Shown here: piece after piece, positions 47,530 to 57,098 of the stretch | Numbering within the stretch: position 1 is the first letter of the stretch | Layout: every line of letters begins with the position of its first letter | Virus record (IMG/VR): IMGVR_UViG_2513237329_000015 | Location: 33,052-97,051 of that record | DNA from: a virus | Lineage: Duplodnaviria; Caudoviricetes | Length of the DNA: 64,000 nucleotides | Reading direction: 5' to 3' (one strand) | Translations under genes and position numbers: made by a program | Notes under the pieces: generated by a model | Databases searched by the model: none | What the model was told of the DNA's origin: nothing | Seen by the model: only the letters and a program-made list of their open reading frames with translations

Positions 47530-48576
47530 ATGGAACAACGAACCGCCAAACAGATCCAGGAGGCCCTGGCAAAGCCCTTCGCAGCGGGCGACCTGGAATG
47601 GAGGCTGCAAAAGGCATATCCCCAGGAGATGCGCGGCATCGCCGTCCCTTATGTGACCAACCGGGCCATTCAGTACCGGCTGGACGACGTGGTGGGCGTG
47701 GAAAACTGGTACAACAGATTCAAGCCCTGGCATAAGTTCGTTGCCAAGGTACCGGGCAAGGAGGACTACCGAAAGCTGGAGGACAAGGAGATTATCTCCC
47801 AGCTCTGCGGCATCGCCATCTACTTTGCCGAGCGCAAGGAGTGGGTCTGCAAGTGGGACGGCGCCGAGCTTTCCGAGATCGAGCCTGTAAAGGGCGGCCT
47901 CTCCGACAGCATGAAGCGGGCGGCCTACCAGTGGGGCATCGGCCGGGTCCTCTACGACATGAACACAGTATGGGTCGATATTGAGAAGAAAGGGAAGACC
48001 TGGTTCATCCGGGACGACCAGCGCCAGAAGCTGGACAACGCATACCTCAAGCTGCTTGACCGGCTGGGCCTGAAGCCCATGCCCGCAGGCGGGACCGAGG
48101 CACTGCTGGTGCCCAAGGACATCCCGGAGCAGGAGGAAGACGGAGCGCCCCCCGACGCACCGGGCTCTGTCCAAAGCACCCCGGTCCCGGAGCAGAAGCC
48201 GGGCGCGGCCTGTTCCACGCAGCCGGCCGCACCATCTGCGGCCCCAAAGGGCAGCACGGCCAAGGCTGAACAGGCGCAGGTCAGCTCTGCCGCAGGAAGT
48301 CGCTCCCGCACACCATCGTCCGCGCCCTCTCAAAACACGTATGAGTACCGGGTGGCGGCGTCCAAGGTACAGAAGGGGATGAATACGGTCAACACGCTGG
48401 TGCGCCTGGAGGCGGCCGACGGGAAACAGGTGGACGCCTTCGCCCCCGGCGAGCATCACGCCCTGACTGTGGGAACGCTGCTGACTGGCGTGCGTCTGTC
48501 CGTCCGCCGGCAGGACACCGTTGTGTTCTATGTGCTGGAGGACTACCGGATCGCAACAGCCCCCCAGGCGGCGTAG
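47530..48576 (+). CDS. Rad52/Rad22-family single-strand annealing protein
   Basis: LAKPF...LEWR...YVTNRAIQYRLDDVVG..NW...KGGLSDSMKRAAYQWGIGRVLY. Confidence 0.88.
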   Translation: MEQRTAKQIQEALAKPFAAGDLEWRLQKAYPQEMRGIAVPYVTNRAIQYRLDDVVGVENWYNRFKPWHKFVAKVPGKEDYRKLEDKEIISQLCGIAIYFAERKEWVCKWDGAELSEIEPVKGGLSDSMKRAAYQWGIGRVLYDMNTVWVDIEKKGKTWFIRDDQRQKLDNAYLKLLDRLGLKPMPAGGTEALLVPKDIPEQEEDGAPPDAPGSVQSTPVPEQKPGAACSTQPAAPSAAPKGSTAKAEQAQVSSAAGSRSRTPSSAPSQNTYEYRVAASKVQKGMNTVNTLVRLEAADGKQVDAFAPGEHHALTVGTLLTGVRLSVRRQDTVVFYVLEDYRIATAPQAA

Positions 48577-48623
48577 GAATCTGTGATAAATATTTGAGAA
48601 AATTTTTGGAAGGGAGACGCGCT

Positions 48624-50502
48624 GTGAAAAAAAATAGAGCAATTCTACATCACGGAGCTGACACTCGCCGGATTTAAGAACTACCTGGAGCCGACCACCT
48701 TTGTTTTCGGCAATCCGACGGTCATCACCGGTGGAAATGGCCAGGGCAAATCCACCCTTGCCGACGCGGTCGCCTTCGCAGTCACCGGCCTTCCCTTTTT
48801 TGGGGAGCGCGGCATCGACCGGCTTTACAATGACGCCATGAAACAGCAGATGGAGTTGTCGGTCCGGCTGCGGTTTGTGGACCAGGACGGCGCGGCGCAT
48901 GAGCTGTACCGTCTCCGGAAAAACAGCCGCATGGTCATCACCTATGACGGCTATGACATCCGACAGACCGACCTTACGGACATGTTCGGGGAACGCGATG
49001 TGTTCCTCTCCATTTTCAACCCGCTCTATTTCATCGAGGTATTGGAGGACGATGGGAAAAACCTTCTGGAGCGGTATCTGCCGGTGATCCCCCATGAGAC
49101 GGTTCTCTCACAGCTCTCCGAACACGTACAGGAGAGTCTGAAGGACGAGGAGATCCTGTCCCCGGAGGTCTATCTCAAGAGGAAGCGGGAACAGATCCGT
49201 GAGCTGGAGGAACAGATCATCTATCTCACCGGGCAGAAGGATCTCACCTGCCTTCAGGGCCGGGAGTCCAGCAAGGCGTCGGCTTCCCTGAATGAACAGC
49301 TCCAGTCTCTCCAGGAGGAGGCCGGTCATTTAGAGCAGAAACGCTTTTCCGGTCTGGAACCGAAGGAGATGGAACGACAGCTTGTAGAGCTGAGCCGACA
49401 ATACGACGAAACATCCCGCGACCTTCGGAGCGCGGAGCGTTTTTCCGAGATCGACGGGCAGATTTCAGAGTTGACCCAAAAAGTTGCCGCCCGGCAAGCG
49501 GAGTCCTACCAGTCAAAATTTTTGCAGCCTTTGGCTGATATCTCGGCCCGTGTCAGTGAGTTGGGACGGCGATATAAACAGGAGCTGCACAACTTCCAGT
49601 CCTTTGCACCCGGCGTATGCTGCCCTACCTGCCATCGCCCCATCACGGAGGCGGCGCTGGAAGAGGTCCGCGCTGAGACAGAGAAATTTGTCCAGGCGCT
49701 CATTGCACAGGGCAAAGAGCAGCAGGCTCAATTCGCAGAGCTGAAAGCGCTGGACCAGCAGGCAGCGGAAACCTTTGTGCAGTTCAAGCAGGATGATCTG
49801 AGGGCCTGGTCGGAGGAACTGGAACGCCTACGGAGTCAGCGCCGGGAACTGGAGGAGGACCGCCGGGGTGAGGAACAGCTGGAAACATTAAGGGAACAGA
49901 TCCAGGAGCTGACCTCTGCGCTGGAATACGGCAATCTGACACAGGCGGGTTATGACCGCCTGAAAGAGTGCAAGGAGGAGATCCGGGAACTGGAGGCTAA
50001 GATCGAAGCGAATCAGACTACGGCTGGATGGACGGAGGCGGAGTTTGACGCCCAGATCGAAAATACCAGAAGCCAGATCACAGAACTCAGGGAGAAGATC
50101 TCAGATGCAATCATCTACATCAGCAAGCGCACAGAACTGACCTTTGCCCCTCTAAAGCTGAACCGGGTGGCCATTTCCCTCTACGACATTGTAAAAAGCA
50201 CAGGAGAGCGCAAGGACGCCTTCCGTTTTACCTACCAGGCGGAGGGCTGCACGAAGGGCCGCCTCTATAAGTGCCTCTCCCACTCCGAGCGGCTGCGGGC
50301 CGGCATGGAGGTGTCCGAGATGGTGAAGCGGCTGACCGGGCGGAATTACCCGGTATTTGCGGATGACATGGAATCCATTGAGGATTTGTCGAACGTAAAG
50401 CCCACCGGGCAGGTCATCATGGCCAGGGTTGTTCCCCATGCTCCCCTCTCCGTCCAACCGCTCCAGCCCATCCAGGCATCTGCTCAGGCACAGGCGGCAT
50501 GA
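48624..50502 (+). CDS. SMC/Rad50(SbcC)-like ATPase with Zn hook; GTG start out of frame by one base at an A8 run
   Basis: In-frame upstream extension IEQFYITELTLAGFKNY...GGNGQGKST; coiled coil with CPTC; LSHSE, VFADDMES. Confidence 0.82.
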
Positions 50503-50529
50503 GCCGCATGGGGCGCCTGACACACGGGC

Positions 50530-51588
50530 ATGACCTATGAGAAACTTCCGATCGTGGACGCGGCCAGACGGTGCGGGCTGATGCTGGACGCCCGGACGTT
50601 GCGGCGCGAGGAGATCGAGGCGGCCTGCCCCTTTTGCGGCGACCACGGGCCAGGGAAATACCATTTAAGTCTCAACACCAGCACCGACCAATACCGCTGC
50701 AACCTCTGCGGCGCCCGCGGCAACAGTGTCACGCTGTACGCAAGGCTGCATGGGATCGGCAATAAAGAGGCGTACCGGGCGCTGGCGGAGGGCTCAAAAA
50801 TCTATCCGATGCCGCATCCGCCGGCGTCCCCAAAAACAGAGCGGCAGCCACTTGCGCTTGCGCAGCGGCACGCCGCCTACACCACAATGCTGGAGCACCT
50901 CGTACTGCTGGACCAGCACAGGGAGAACCTGCTGGAACGGGGGCTCTCAGAGGAACGCATCCAGCAAAACCAATACCGCAGCATGCCGGAAACGGAACAG
51001 GGGAGGCGGCTTCTCGCCGCCCTCCTCCGCTCCGGCGGACAGGAGCTTCAGGGGCTCCCCGGCTTCCGTACCCGCTATGGAGAGTGGACGCTCAGCGGCC
51101 CCAAAGGTTTTTTGATCCCGGTACGTGACAGGGACGGTCTCATTCAAGGGCTCAAAATCCGTCTGGACGACGCCGGCAAGCCGGACCGAAAGTACCGCTG
51201 GCTGTCCACACGGGGCGCCCCCAACGGAACCAGGAGCTATTCCTGGGTCCATGTGACAGGGGACACCAGTCGGAAACGGGCCTATCTGACCGAAGGGCCG
51301 CTCAAGGGGGATGTGGCGTCTTTCCTGGGGAGCGACGCGCTCTTCGTGTGCATTGGCGGCGTCAACGCCATCGGCGGCCTTCGGAAAACGCTGGAGGGTC
51401 TGAAGGTCAGGGAGGTCGTGGAGGCCATGGATTCAGACCAGATGACCAATCCTCACGTGAGAGGCGCGGTTCTCGCCATGCGGAAGGAGGTACAGCGTAT
51501 CCCCGGCATCCGCTATTATAAATACACCTGGGACCCGGCTTACAAGGGTGTGGACGACTATCTTCTCAGCCGCACGGCGATGAGATAA
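50530..51588 (+). CDS. CHC2 zinc finger + TOPRIM (DUF3854-like) primase
   Basis: CPFC...CNLC...GN; IPVRD; KYRWLS; LTEGPLKG; DSD; KGVDDYL. Confidence 0.85.
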   Translation: MTYEKLPIVDAARRCGLMLDARTLRREEIEAACPFCGDHGPGKYHLSLNTSTDQYRCNLCGARGNSVTLYARLHGIGNKEAYRALAEGSKIYPMPHPPASPKTERQPLALAQRHAAYTTMLEHLVLLDQHRENLLERGLSEERIQQNQYRSMPETEQGRRLLAALLRSGGQELQGLPGFRTRYGEWTLSGPKGFLIPVRDRDGLIQGLKIRLDDAGKPDRKYRWLSTRGAPNGTRSYSWVHVTGDTSRKRAYLTEGPLKGDVASFLGSDALFVCIGGVNAIGGLRKTLEGLKVREVVEAMDSDQMTNPHVRGAVLAMRKEVQRIPGIRYYKYTWDPAYKGVDDYLLSRTAMR

Positions 51589-51763
51589 ATATGAGCTAAC
51601 TTCCGGTTCAGGAGAACGGACTCATTTTGAAGCAGCCCTGCGGCTCAACGAGGAGGAAAAGAGCTTGCCACTGCTGTCCTACAGCCATTGTATCACGGGC
51701 ATCTCATAGCCTGCTGATACCTGATGTTATTGACTTTTTATTTAGTATACAAGGAGGATATCC

Positions 51764-52381
51764 ATGTTGAACGAAAATACTCTGGTAAAGGTGACTGCGT
51801 CGGAGGACCGCATTTCCTTCCGGACAGTCAGCCGAAGCTATAAATCCCCGCATCGCTTTGTAATTCTGCGCAGCGCCCTGAAACGGTTGGCCGATGAAAG
51901 CTGTATGGTATCCGATCTCAGCTCCTTTGCCAGTCTTTGGCATGTTCAAGGGACCAACGATCTGCACATCTGCTTCTCATGGCTCTCCGATCACAACGGC
52001 ACGTTAAGCGGACGGAAAGAGCTGATACGGCTCCCGTTTTGTGAAACGATGCGCTTTCTCCACGACAGCATTTCCCCCGACGGCCCGAAAGAGCGGGCGT
52101 TTCTGTCTTTCGGTCGGCTCGCAGACCCCTGGTTACATTTTGACGCGCCGAACAATTTGAAAAATGTCCTGGCGGTTCCGTTGCTGCGCCGGAGGCTGGT
52201 TCGCTTTTTGCGCGATCATTTTCACTGGAGGAATGGAGGCGAAGTTCGATTTTTCGATGACTGTGATCCGTTCAGCTTCACCTTTCGGGAGTATCTGCCA
52301 GGAAGAACGGGTCTGTGCGGCGGCGTCGTCCTGCACAGAGAAGAAGACCTGAAAAACGCGTACTACTCTTTGCACACATAA
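51764..52381 (+). CDS. Hypothetical MGE protein
   Basis: AAGGAGG RBS; ends GGVVLH...YSLHT. Confidence 0.7.
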   Translation: MLNENTLVKVTASEDRISFRTVSRSYKSPHRFVILRSALKRLADESCMVSDLSSFASLWHVQGTNDLHICFSWLSDHNGTLSGRKELIRLPFCETMRFLHDSISPDGPKERAFLSFGRLADPWLHFDAPNNLKNVLAVPLLRRRLVRFLRDHFHWRNGGEVRFFDDCDPFSFTFREYLPGRTGLCGGVVLHREEDLKNAYYSLHT

Positions 52382-52432
52382 CCGTTAACAGACAAACCAT
52401 AATCATCAACTTTGAAAGGGGCAATCAGCTTT

Positions 52433-53407
52433 ATGGGAAACCTGTTTCATATGAACGACTTTGTGGCCGCCTCCCAGGGAGACGCCCAGAATATGCTGGG
52501 GAAGTTCCTCTACTTTTCCCTGTCAAACCTGCTGGTGGAAAAGGCGCAGCTCTCCGAGCTGTGCGAGAGCATGGGTATCTCCTATTCTGGCGGCACCCGG
52601 CTTTCGGTGGCTGACGCCTTCCGCTCCGCCACCGGGGACATCAAGGAGCGCAAGCCCGTCACGGTTGCCGGCGAGACAAACATTTACCTCGTCTATTGCC
52701 GGGACAACAAGCACACGGCGGATGCGCTCTCACGGGAATTGGTGAAGGAGACGCTGAACCAGAAGACCAACCGCTATGAGAAGCTGGCCAACATCACCTG
52801 CGACCGGAAGGATGGGCAGATCTACTGTACCAACATCGTAATGGACCCGGATATTGACGTGCAGGCCCGCTGCCGTCAGGCGGAGGAGCTGTTCGAGCTC
52901 TATCAGCGGTGCGCCAACCGCAAGCAGATCGAGACCATCTGTGCAAACTTCCTGCGGGAAATGGAGGCCACCAAACTGAGCATCAACGGACACCTGTACT
53001 TTGTTCCCAGAAGTCACATGGAGAAGGTGGATATCTTCGAGGATTTCATCGGGCTGCTGGGGGGCATGAACCGGAACAATACCCCTCTTGTCGTCAACAG
53101 CTTTTACATCATTGACGACGAAAAACAGCGCAGCAAGATGGCTGAGGAGTTCTACAATGCGGTCAAAAAAGAGATCACCGAGTATCAGGAGCGGTGCGAC
53201 TACTTCATCAAGAGCAACTGTCAGAGCCCGGCCGTGATGGAACGCTGGGTTTTGAAGGTGCGCGGCCTGGAGGAGCGCAAGCGCCACTATGAGGAGATCC
53301 TCCGCCGGGAGTTGAATGGGCTGGATGAGGAGTTCTCTACGCTGAAGCTGCTCTCACAGGAGCTTCAGGTGAGGGCGAATGCCATCCACCTTCAAAAGGC
53401 AGCCTAA
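52433..53407 (+). CDS. DUF6744/DUF3150-like protein
   Basis: LGKFLYFS, DAFRSAT, GHLYFVP, C-terminal coiled coil. Confidence 0.6.
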   Translation: MGNLFHMNDFVAASQGDAQNMLGKFLYFSLSNLLVEKAQLSELCESMGISYSGGTRLSVADAFRSATGDIKERKPVTVAGETNIYLVYCRDNKHTADALSRELVKETLNQKTNRYEKLANITCDRKDGQIYCTNIVMDPDIDVQARCRQAEELFELYQRCANRKQIETICANFLREMEATKLSINGHLYFVPRSHMEKVDIFEDFIGLLGGMNRNNTPLVVNSFYIIDDEKQRSKMAEEFYNAVKKEITEYQERCDYFIKSNCQSPAVMERWVLKVRGLEERKRHYEEILRRELNGLDEEFSTLKLLSQELQVRANAIHLQKAA

Positions 53408-53485
53408 AAATCAAAGAGCTTAGATTGCATAGGGGGCTGGGCCATTATGGCCAGCCCCCTGCGCTTACATGGAGGGAAACTGATA

Positions 53486-53728
53486 ATGAAGCATATTTCA
53501 ATCACATATCACATGAGCCGGGAAGGTGAAATCGCGGAAACCTGCATCATCCTCCCTATGGAGGACCAGATTGCCTCCGATATTCTGGAGCATCAGGAGA
53601 AAAGCCGGCACGTCAGGGAGGACGGCTGTGGTACTATCGCAGTCAGGACCATTTTGACGTGTCTTGCGGAATTGCAGGGCTATACGGATGCCAGCTTCTG
53701 CATGGCCATGGAGGCAGAATTATGGTAG
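53486..53728 (+). CDS. Hypothetical protein
   Basis: GGAGGG RBS. Confidence 0.55.
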   Translation: MKHISITYHMSREGEIAETCIILPMEDQIASDILEHQEKSRHVREDGCGTIAVRTILTCLAELQGYTDASFCMAMEAELW

Positions 53729-53789
53729 AGACTGAGCTTCCCTGGACTTCGGCAAAGCATGTGGTGCGGTTAAAGAGGGCGGAACACAG

Positions 53790-54185
53790 ATGAAGCTATA
53801 CCGTTTTGAACTCGCCTTTATGGGCGAAATGCAGAATGTCGGCTTTCTGCATGGGCTGAACGATATTGGTCTTGATGCTGAAACCGAACGTCAGATGCTG
53901 GCCCCATTCGATAAACTCCCACGCAAATTCCTCGGAAACAGTGCAAATGTTTCCTTCTGGTTTACGGTGGATGGGCTTCATAGATATTTACCTGCCATTC
54001 AGATGTTGGAGAAGGAAATAGAGCCGGATGGCTGGAATCTTTTATATGCAACTATAGATATATCCGAAGATGGGTTGACAGTGGCTAAGTATCAGGATTC
54101 AGAGCAGATTGCGTTTCCCAAAGAGTTTGTGCAAACCCAATCAATAGAATTTCAGGAGATATCAGACTTTAGCGAAAGACCATAA
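53790..54185 (+). CDS. Hypothetical protein (lower GC)
   Basis: ORF with AGAGGG RBS. Confidence 0.6.
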   Translation: MKLYRFELAFMGEMQNVGFLHGLNDIGLDAETERQMLAPFDKLPRKFLGNSANVSFWFTVDGLHRYLPAIQMLEKEIEPDGWNLLYATIDISEDGLTVAKYQDSEQIAFPKEFVQTQSIEFQEISDFSERP

Positions 54186-54281
54186 TAATAAAAACAGCTG
54201 ATACAATGACCTGATTCTATATGGAGAAATCCTCAAGACATAGATACTAAGATATTCAAATGCGATACCAGGGGGCACAGT

Positions 54282-54653
54282 ATGGAAACAACCTACCAAA
54301 TTGACCGCAACAATTTGATGAGAGACGAGGATATATTACTTGCAATCAACAGCCGATGTCAGGATCCGATCTCCGACCAGAATACTATTGCTGAAATTAC
54401 CTGGTTTGGGACAGACCGGGAAATATTCTTAGAAGTTCATATTGAGCCATTTAATCCGAAGCTAATGATCAGCCATCCCGAGAAATATGAGTCCATAAAA
54501 ATATGGAGCGTCCCGTACAGTTGGGATCATTTCGATGGTCGTCCTGATGGAGTTGAGGCATTGAAAGAGGTGCAAAAGGAAGGACGGCGCATATATTTTG
54601 CGTTGAGAAGAAAAACCAAAATTCAATTGAAGAGAAACCTGTCGCAAAAATAG
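54282..54653 (+). CDS. Hypothetical protein (lower GC)
   Basis: ORF with AGGGGG RBS. Confidence 0.6.
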   Translation: METTYQIDRNNLMRDEDILLAINSRCQDPISDQNTIAEITWFGTDREIFLEVHIEPFNPKLMISHPEKYESIKIWSVPYSWDHFDGRPDGVEALKEVQKEGRRIYFALRRKTKIQLKRNLSQK

Positions 54654-54693
54654 GATAGAGTATTCTTTGGGCAATTTCAGATGGAGGGATCAA

Positions 54694-55071
54694 ATGATTA
54701 TGGAGCGTTTCAAGAAAGCAGCCAATATCCAGCGCGGTGCGAAGTATAAGGGAGGTCTGGATAAATTACCTGCTGAGGCGGAGATATTCACCTCAGAGAC
54801 ATTCCGCTATGAGGCTGCAAAGCCTGGAGACTATGTTGTAGAAGCGGTGGTGGACGAAGCGATAAATTGTTTGCCTCCGGCCTTCCTCTCAAGTGCATGC
54901 GCACAGATGGGGTGCCCCTATAGTCATCGGGAGGACCCGAAAACCGGCCGGTGGCGTGCAACTTACGCTACTTTCAAGCGATGCCCCGATGTACCTGGCA
55001 TCTGGGAATACTGTGGGCATTGCTTTCAGGGCGAGACGGTGGAACGCGGCCAAGATCCGATCTGCTGCTGA
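54694..55071 (+). CDS. Hypothetical phage/ICE protein
   Basis: GGAGGG RBS; NCLPP...QMGCPYSH...YATF...WEYCGHC. Confidence 0.65.
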   Translation: MIMERFKKAANIQRGAKYKGGLDKLPAEAEIFTSETFRYEAAKPGDYVVEAVVDEAINCLPPAFLSSACAQMGCPYSHREDPKTGRWRATYATFKRCPDVPGIWEYCGHCFQGETVERGQDPICC

Positions 55072-55148
55072 AAGACTTGTGCTTTGAAATATGGGGAGAC
55101 AAAGCTATGCCGGCACCTGTTTTTATGAGGAGAAAATAACGTAAAAAA

Positions 55149-55266
55149 GGGGATGTCCGCCGGACATCCCCCCCTTCTGTAAAATGGAAAAGGCTATTTC
55201 TAGAATTGCGATTTTTATGAAGGCCCAGTACCTCAGTTTGTATGAACTAGGGTACTGGGCCTTTTT
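55149..55266. terminator. Two tandem hairpins ending the second gene run
   Basis: GGGGATGTCC-GCC-GGACATCCCC; AAGGCCCAGTACC...GGTACTGGGCCTT-TTT. Confidence 0.75.
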
Positions 55267-55562
55267 GTGGTTTGACCATATATTTAGACAGCAGCAGTTT
55301 GCGGTGAAACGGTACATTTCGTGCTGCGCTGCATTAGCGGTGTCAAATTATGGAGAAAACAGTCGTTAAGTTGAAAAAATAAAGAAGAAATTATTACATT
55401 TCCCATATAAATATACGCTATTGTTTTCTTGGCGGATTCGATCCTTTTTTACATCTTTAGAAAGACTACTCATAATTTCAGCAAATTGCTTTCACTTATA
55501 AAAGTGTGATCTTCTTTAAGCCCAATAGATAGAAGCAGGAAAAGGAGAAAGCGAGGGAAATT

Positions 55563-56069
55563 ATGAAGGAAATGCAGGACAAAATCGTGAAACTGTTGGA
55601 AGGGCATACCTTTCGGGAAAAGAAAATCGCCTTGCTGCGCCATGAATGGTACCACCCCAATCAGGTGACACCCGAGGAAATGCTGGAGGCAATGGCCTAT
55701 TCCAGAAATACAGACGGCGGTGCGCCGGTCTGCGGGCATATCTCGGACAAGACCTATCATATCGCTTTGAACTATGAGGATCAGGCTGCGCGTCAGAACC
55801 GTGAACAGATTGAGACCATCTCAACCGATTTGGAGCGGCTGGAACGGGTCCAATATCGTCTGGGCTATTGTGTGTCTCAGCTCCCCAAGCCGCTGTCAAC
55901 GATCATACAGGAATTATATATCAGGGGAAAGGAGCGGAAAGATATCATTCTGGAACTCGGCCTGAGTGAGAGCACATTCCGAAGGTACCGCCAGAAAGCA
56001 ATCGAAGATCTGGCTGAGATGTACCTGGCACTGCAAAGCGCCGGCGTTGTACTGGAGTGGGACGACTGA
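55563..56069 (+). CDS. Sigma region-4 / ArpU-RinA-like HTH regulator
   Basis: CVSQLP...IIQELYIRG....DIILELGLSESTFRRYRQKAI. Confidence 0.72.
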   Translation: MKEMQDKIVKLLEGHTFREKKIALLRHEWYHPNQVTPEEMLEAMAYSRNTDGGAPVCGHISDKTYHIALNYEDQAARQNREQIETISTDLERLERVQYRLGYCVSQLPKPLSTIIQELYIRGKERKDIILELGLSESTFRRYRQKAIEDLAEMYLALQSAGVVLEWDD

Positions 56070-56142
56070 ATTTTGAACGCGGACTGACCGCTGAGTGGCG
56101 AAAAATGAAATAATTTTGGTCTTCCATTGAAAGATATTCATG

Positions 56143-56275
56143 TGTTATAATTAAGCTACCAAAAGAGGATGTTTCGGAGGCCGGTGTGCTTCTGAAACAT
56201 CTTCTTTTGGTATCACCAGACTGTCAAAAAAGAGTGCTCTCCGGGTGTATTTCCGGGGGGCATTTCCTTTTGTCC
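56143..56275 (+). promoter_or_regulatory. Extended -10 promoter followed by two long hairpins
   Basis: TGTTATAAT; ~24-bp stem TACCAAAAGAGGATGTTTCGGAGG/CTTCTGAAACATCTTCTTTTGGTA; second stem with U-rich tail. Confidence 0.6.
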
Positions 56276-56347
56276 AGGAGATGGCCGTCATAGCCGGCTG
56301 CTCCGCTTCATATCGTTAAATACATATGGGACAAGGAGGAGATTACC

Positions 56348-56611
56348 ATGCGGGACGGGAAAATCTCAACGGAAGAATATCAAAAGTTAAAAGACATGGA
56401 CATTCGGGAGATCGACCCGGCTGCGGCTGCGGATATCCGCGGCATCACGGTGAACCCCGACCTCTCGCCCGCCGAGCGCCTGTTGGACGTGGCGCGGCAG
56501 ATGAATGGGAACCCCTTCGTCTACCGCTGCGGCGATCTTTTGGTTAAGACCAGCTTTACCGGCACGGCTTCCCTCCAGTCAGTGTTGGAAGAGTGCCTGG
56601 AAAAGTTCTGA
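56348..56611 (+). CDS. DUF6870-like small protein typical upstream of recombinase triplets
   Basis: DIREID...DIRGITVNPDL...NPFVYRCGDLLVKTSF...SLQ. Confidence 0.75.
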   Translation: MRDGKISTEEYQKLKDMDIREIDPAAAADIRGITVNPDLSPAERLLDVARQMNGNPFVYRCGDLLVKTSFTGTASLQSVLEECLEKF

Positions 56612-56621
56612 GGCGGCCGAC

Positions 56622-56954
56622 ATGCGGAACGATTCAGTTGCGGCCGGTTTCACAAGCAGCCTGATTTTCCATAAAGACGGTTCCGTAACGGCCCGGTATG
56701 GCTATGACCGTGCGGTACGGCTCCTTTACGAATATGAACGTTCCGGTGTCGCTCCGGAGGATGCCGAAACAGGACGGCGCAGGACTTCCTGGGAGCGATA
56801 TACCATGAAAACGCCAAACGGAGATATTTGCGCCCGGCGCGGCTGGGAGTGTGTGCTGGGCCGCCTGTTCTGCTATGAGCGGTCAAAACTGACGCCGGAG
56901 CAGTGGCGGGAACAATACGGCACGGTGGAGGAGAACGCCGTGCAGCCATTCTAA
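56622..56954 (+). CDS. Hypothetical protein with internal duplication
   Basis: LYEYERSGVAPE / LFCYERSKLTPE. Confidence 0.55.
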   Translation: MRNDSVAAGFTSSLIFHKDGSVTARYGYDRAVRLLYEYERSGVAPEDAETGRRRTSWERYTMKTPNGDICARRGWECVLGRLFCYERSKLTPEQWREQYGTVEENAVQPF

Positions 56955-56968
56955 AGGACAACGCCGCT

Positions 56969-57008
56969 AAAACTCGCGCTTTACATGGAGCGGAAAAGAT
57001 GATATAGT
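56969..57008 (+). promoter_or_regulatory. Promoter of the recombinase operon
   Basis: TTTACA-N17-TATAGT with extended TG. Confidence 0.65.
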
Positions 57009-57098
57009 GAATGCGGACTAAATCAGAATAAGGATTTTTGCTTCATGATCTTTTCTGGCTTATGACCGCATTTGCGGAATCAGTCAGGAGGTATTTTC

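Noticed and set aside
55270-55560. AT-rich gap as oriT or oriV
   Set aside because: No iterons or nic motif recognised; explained adequately as a promoter region
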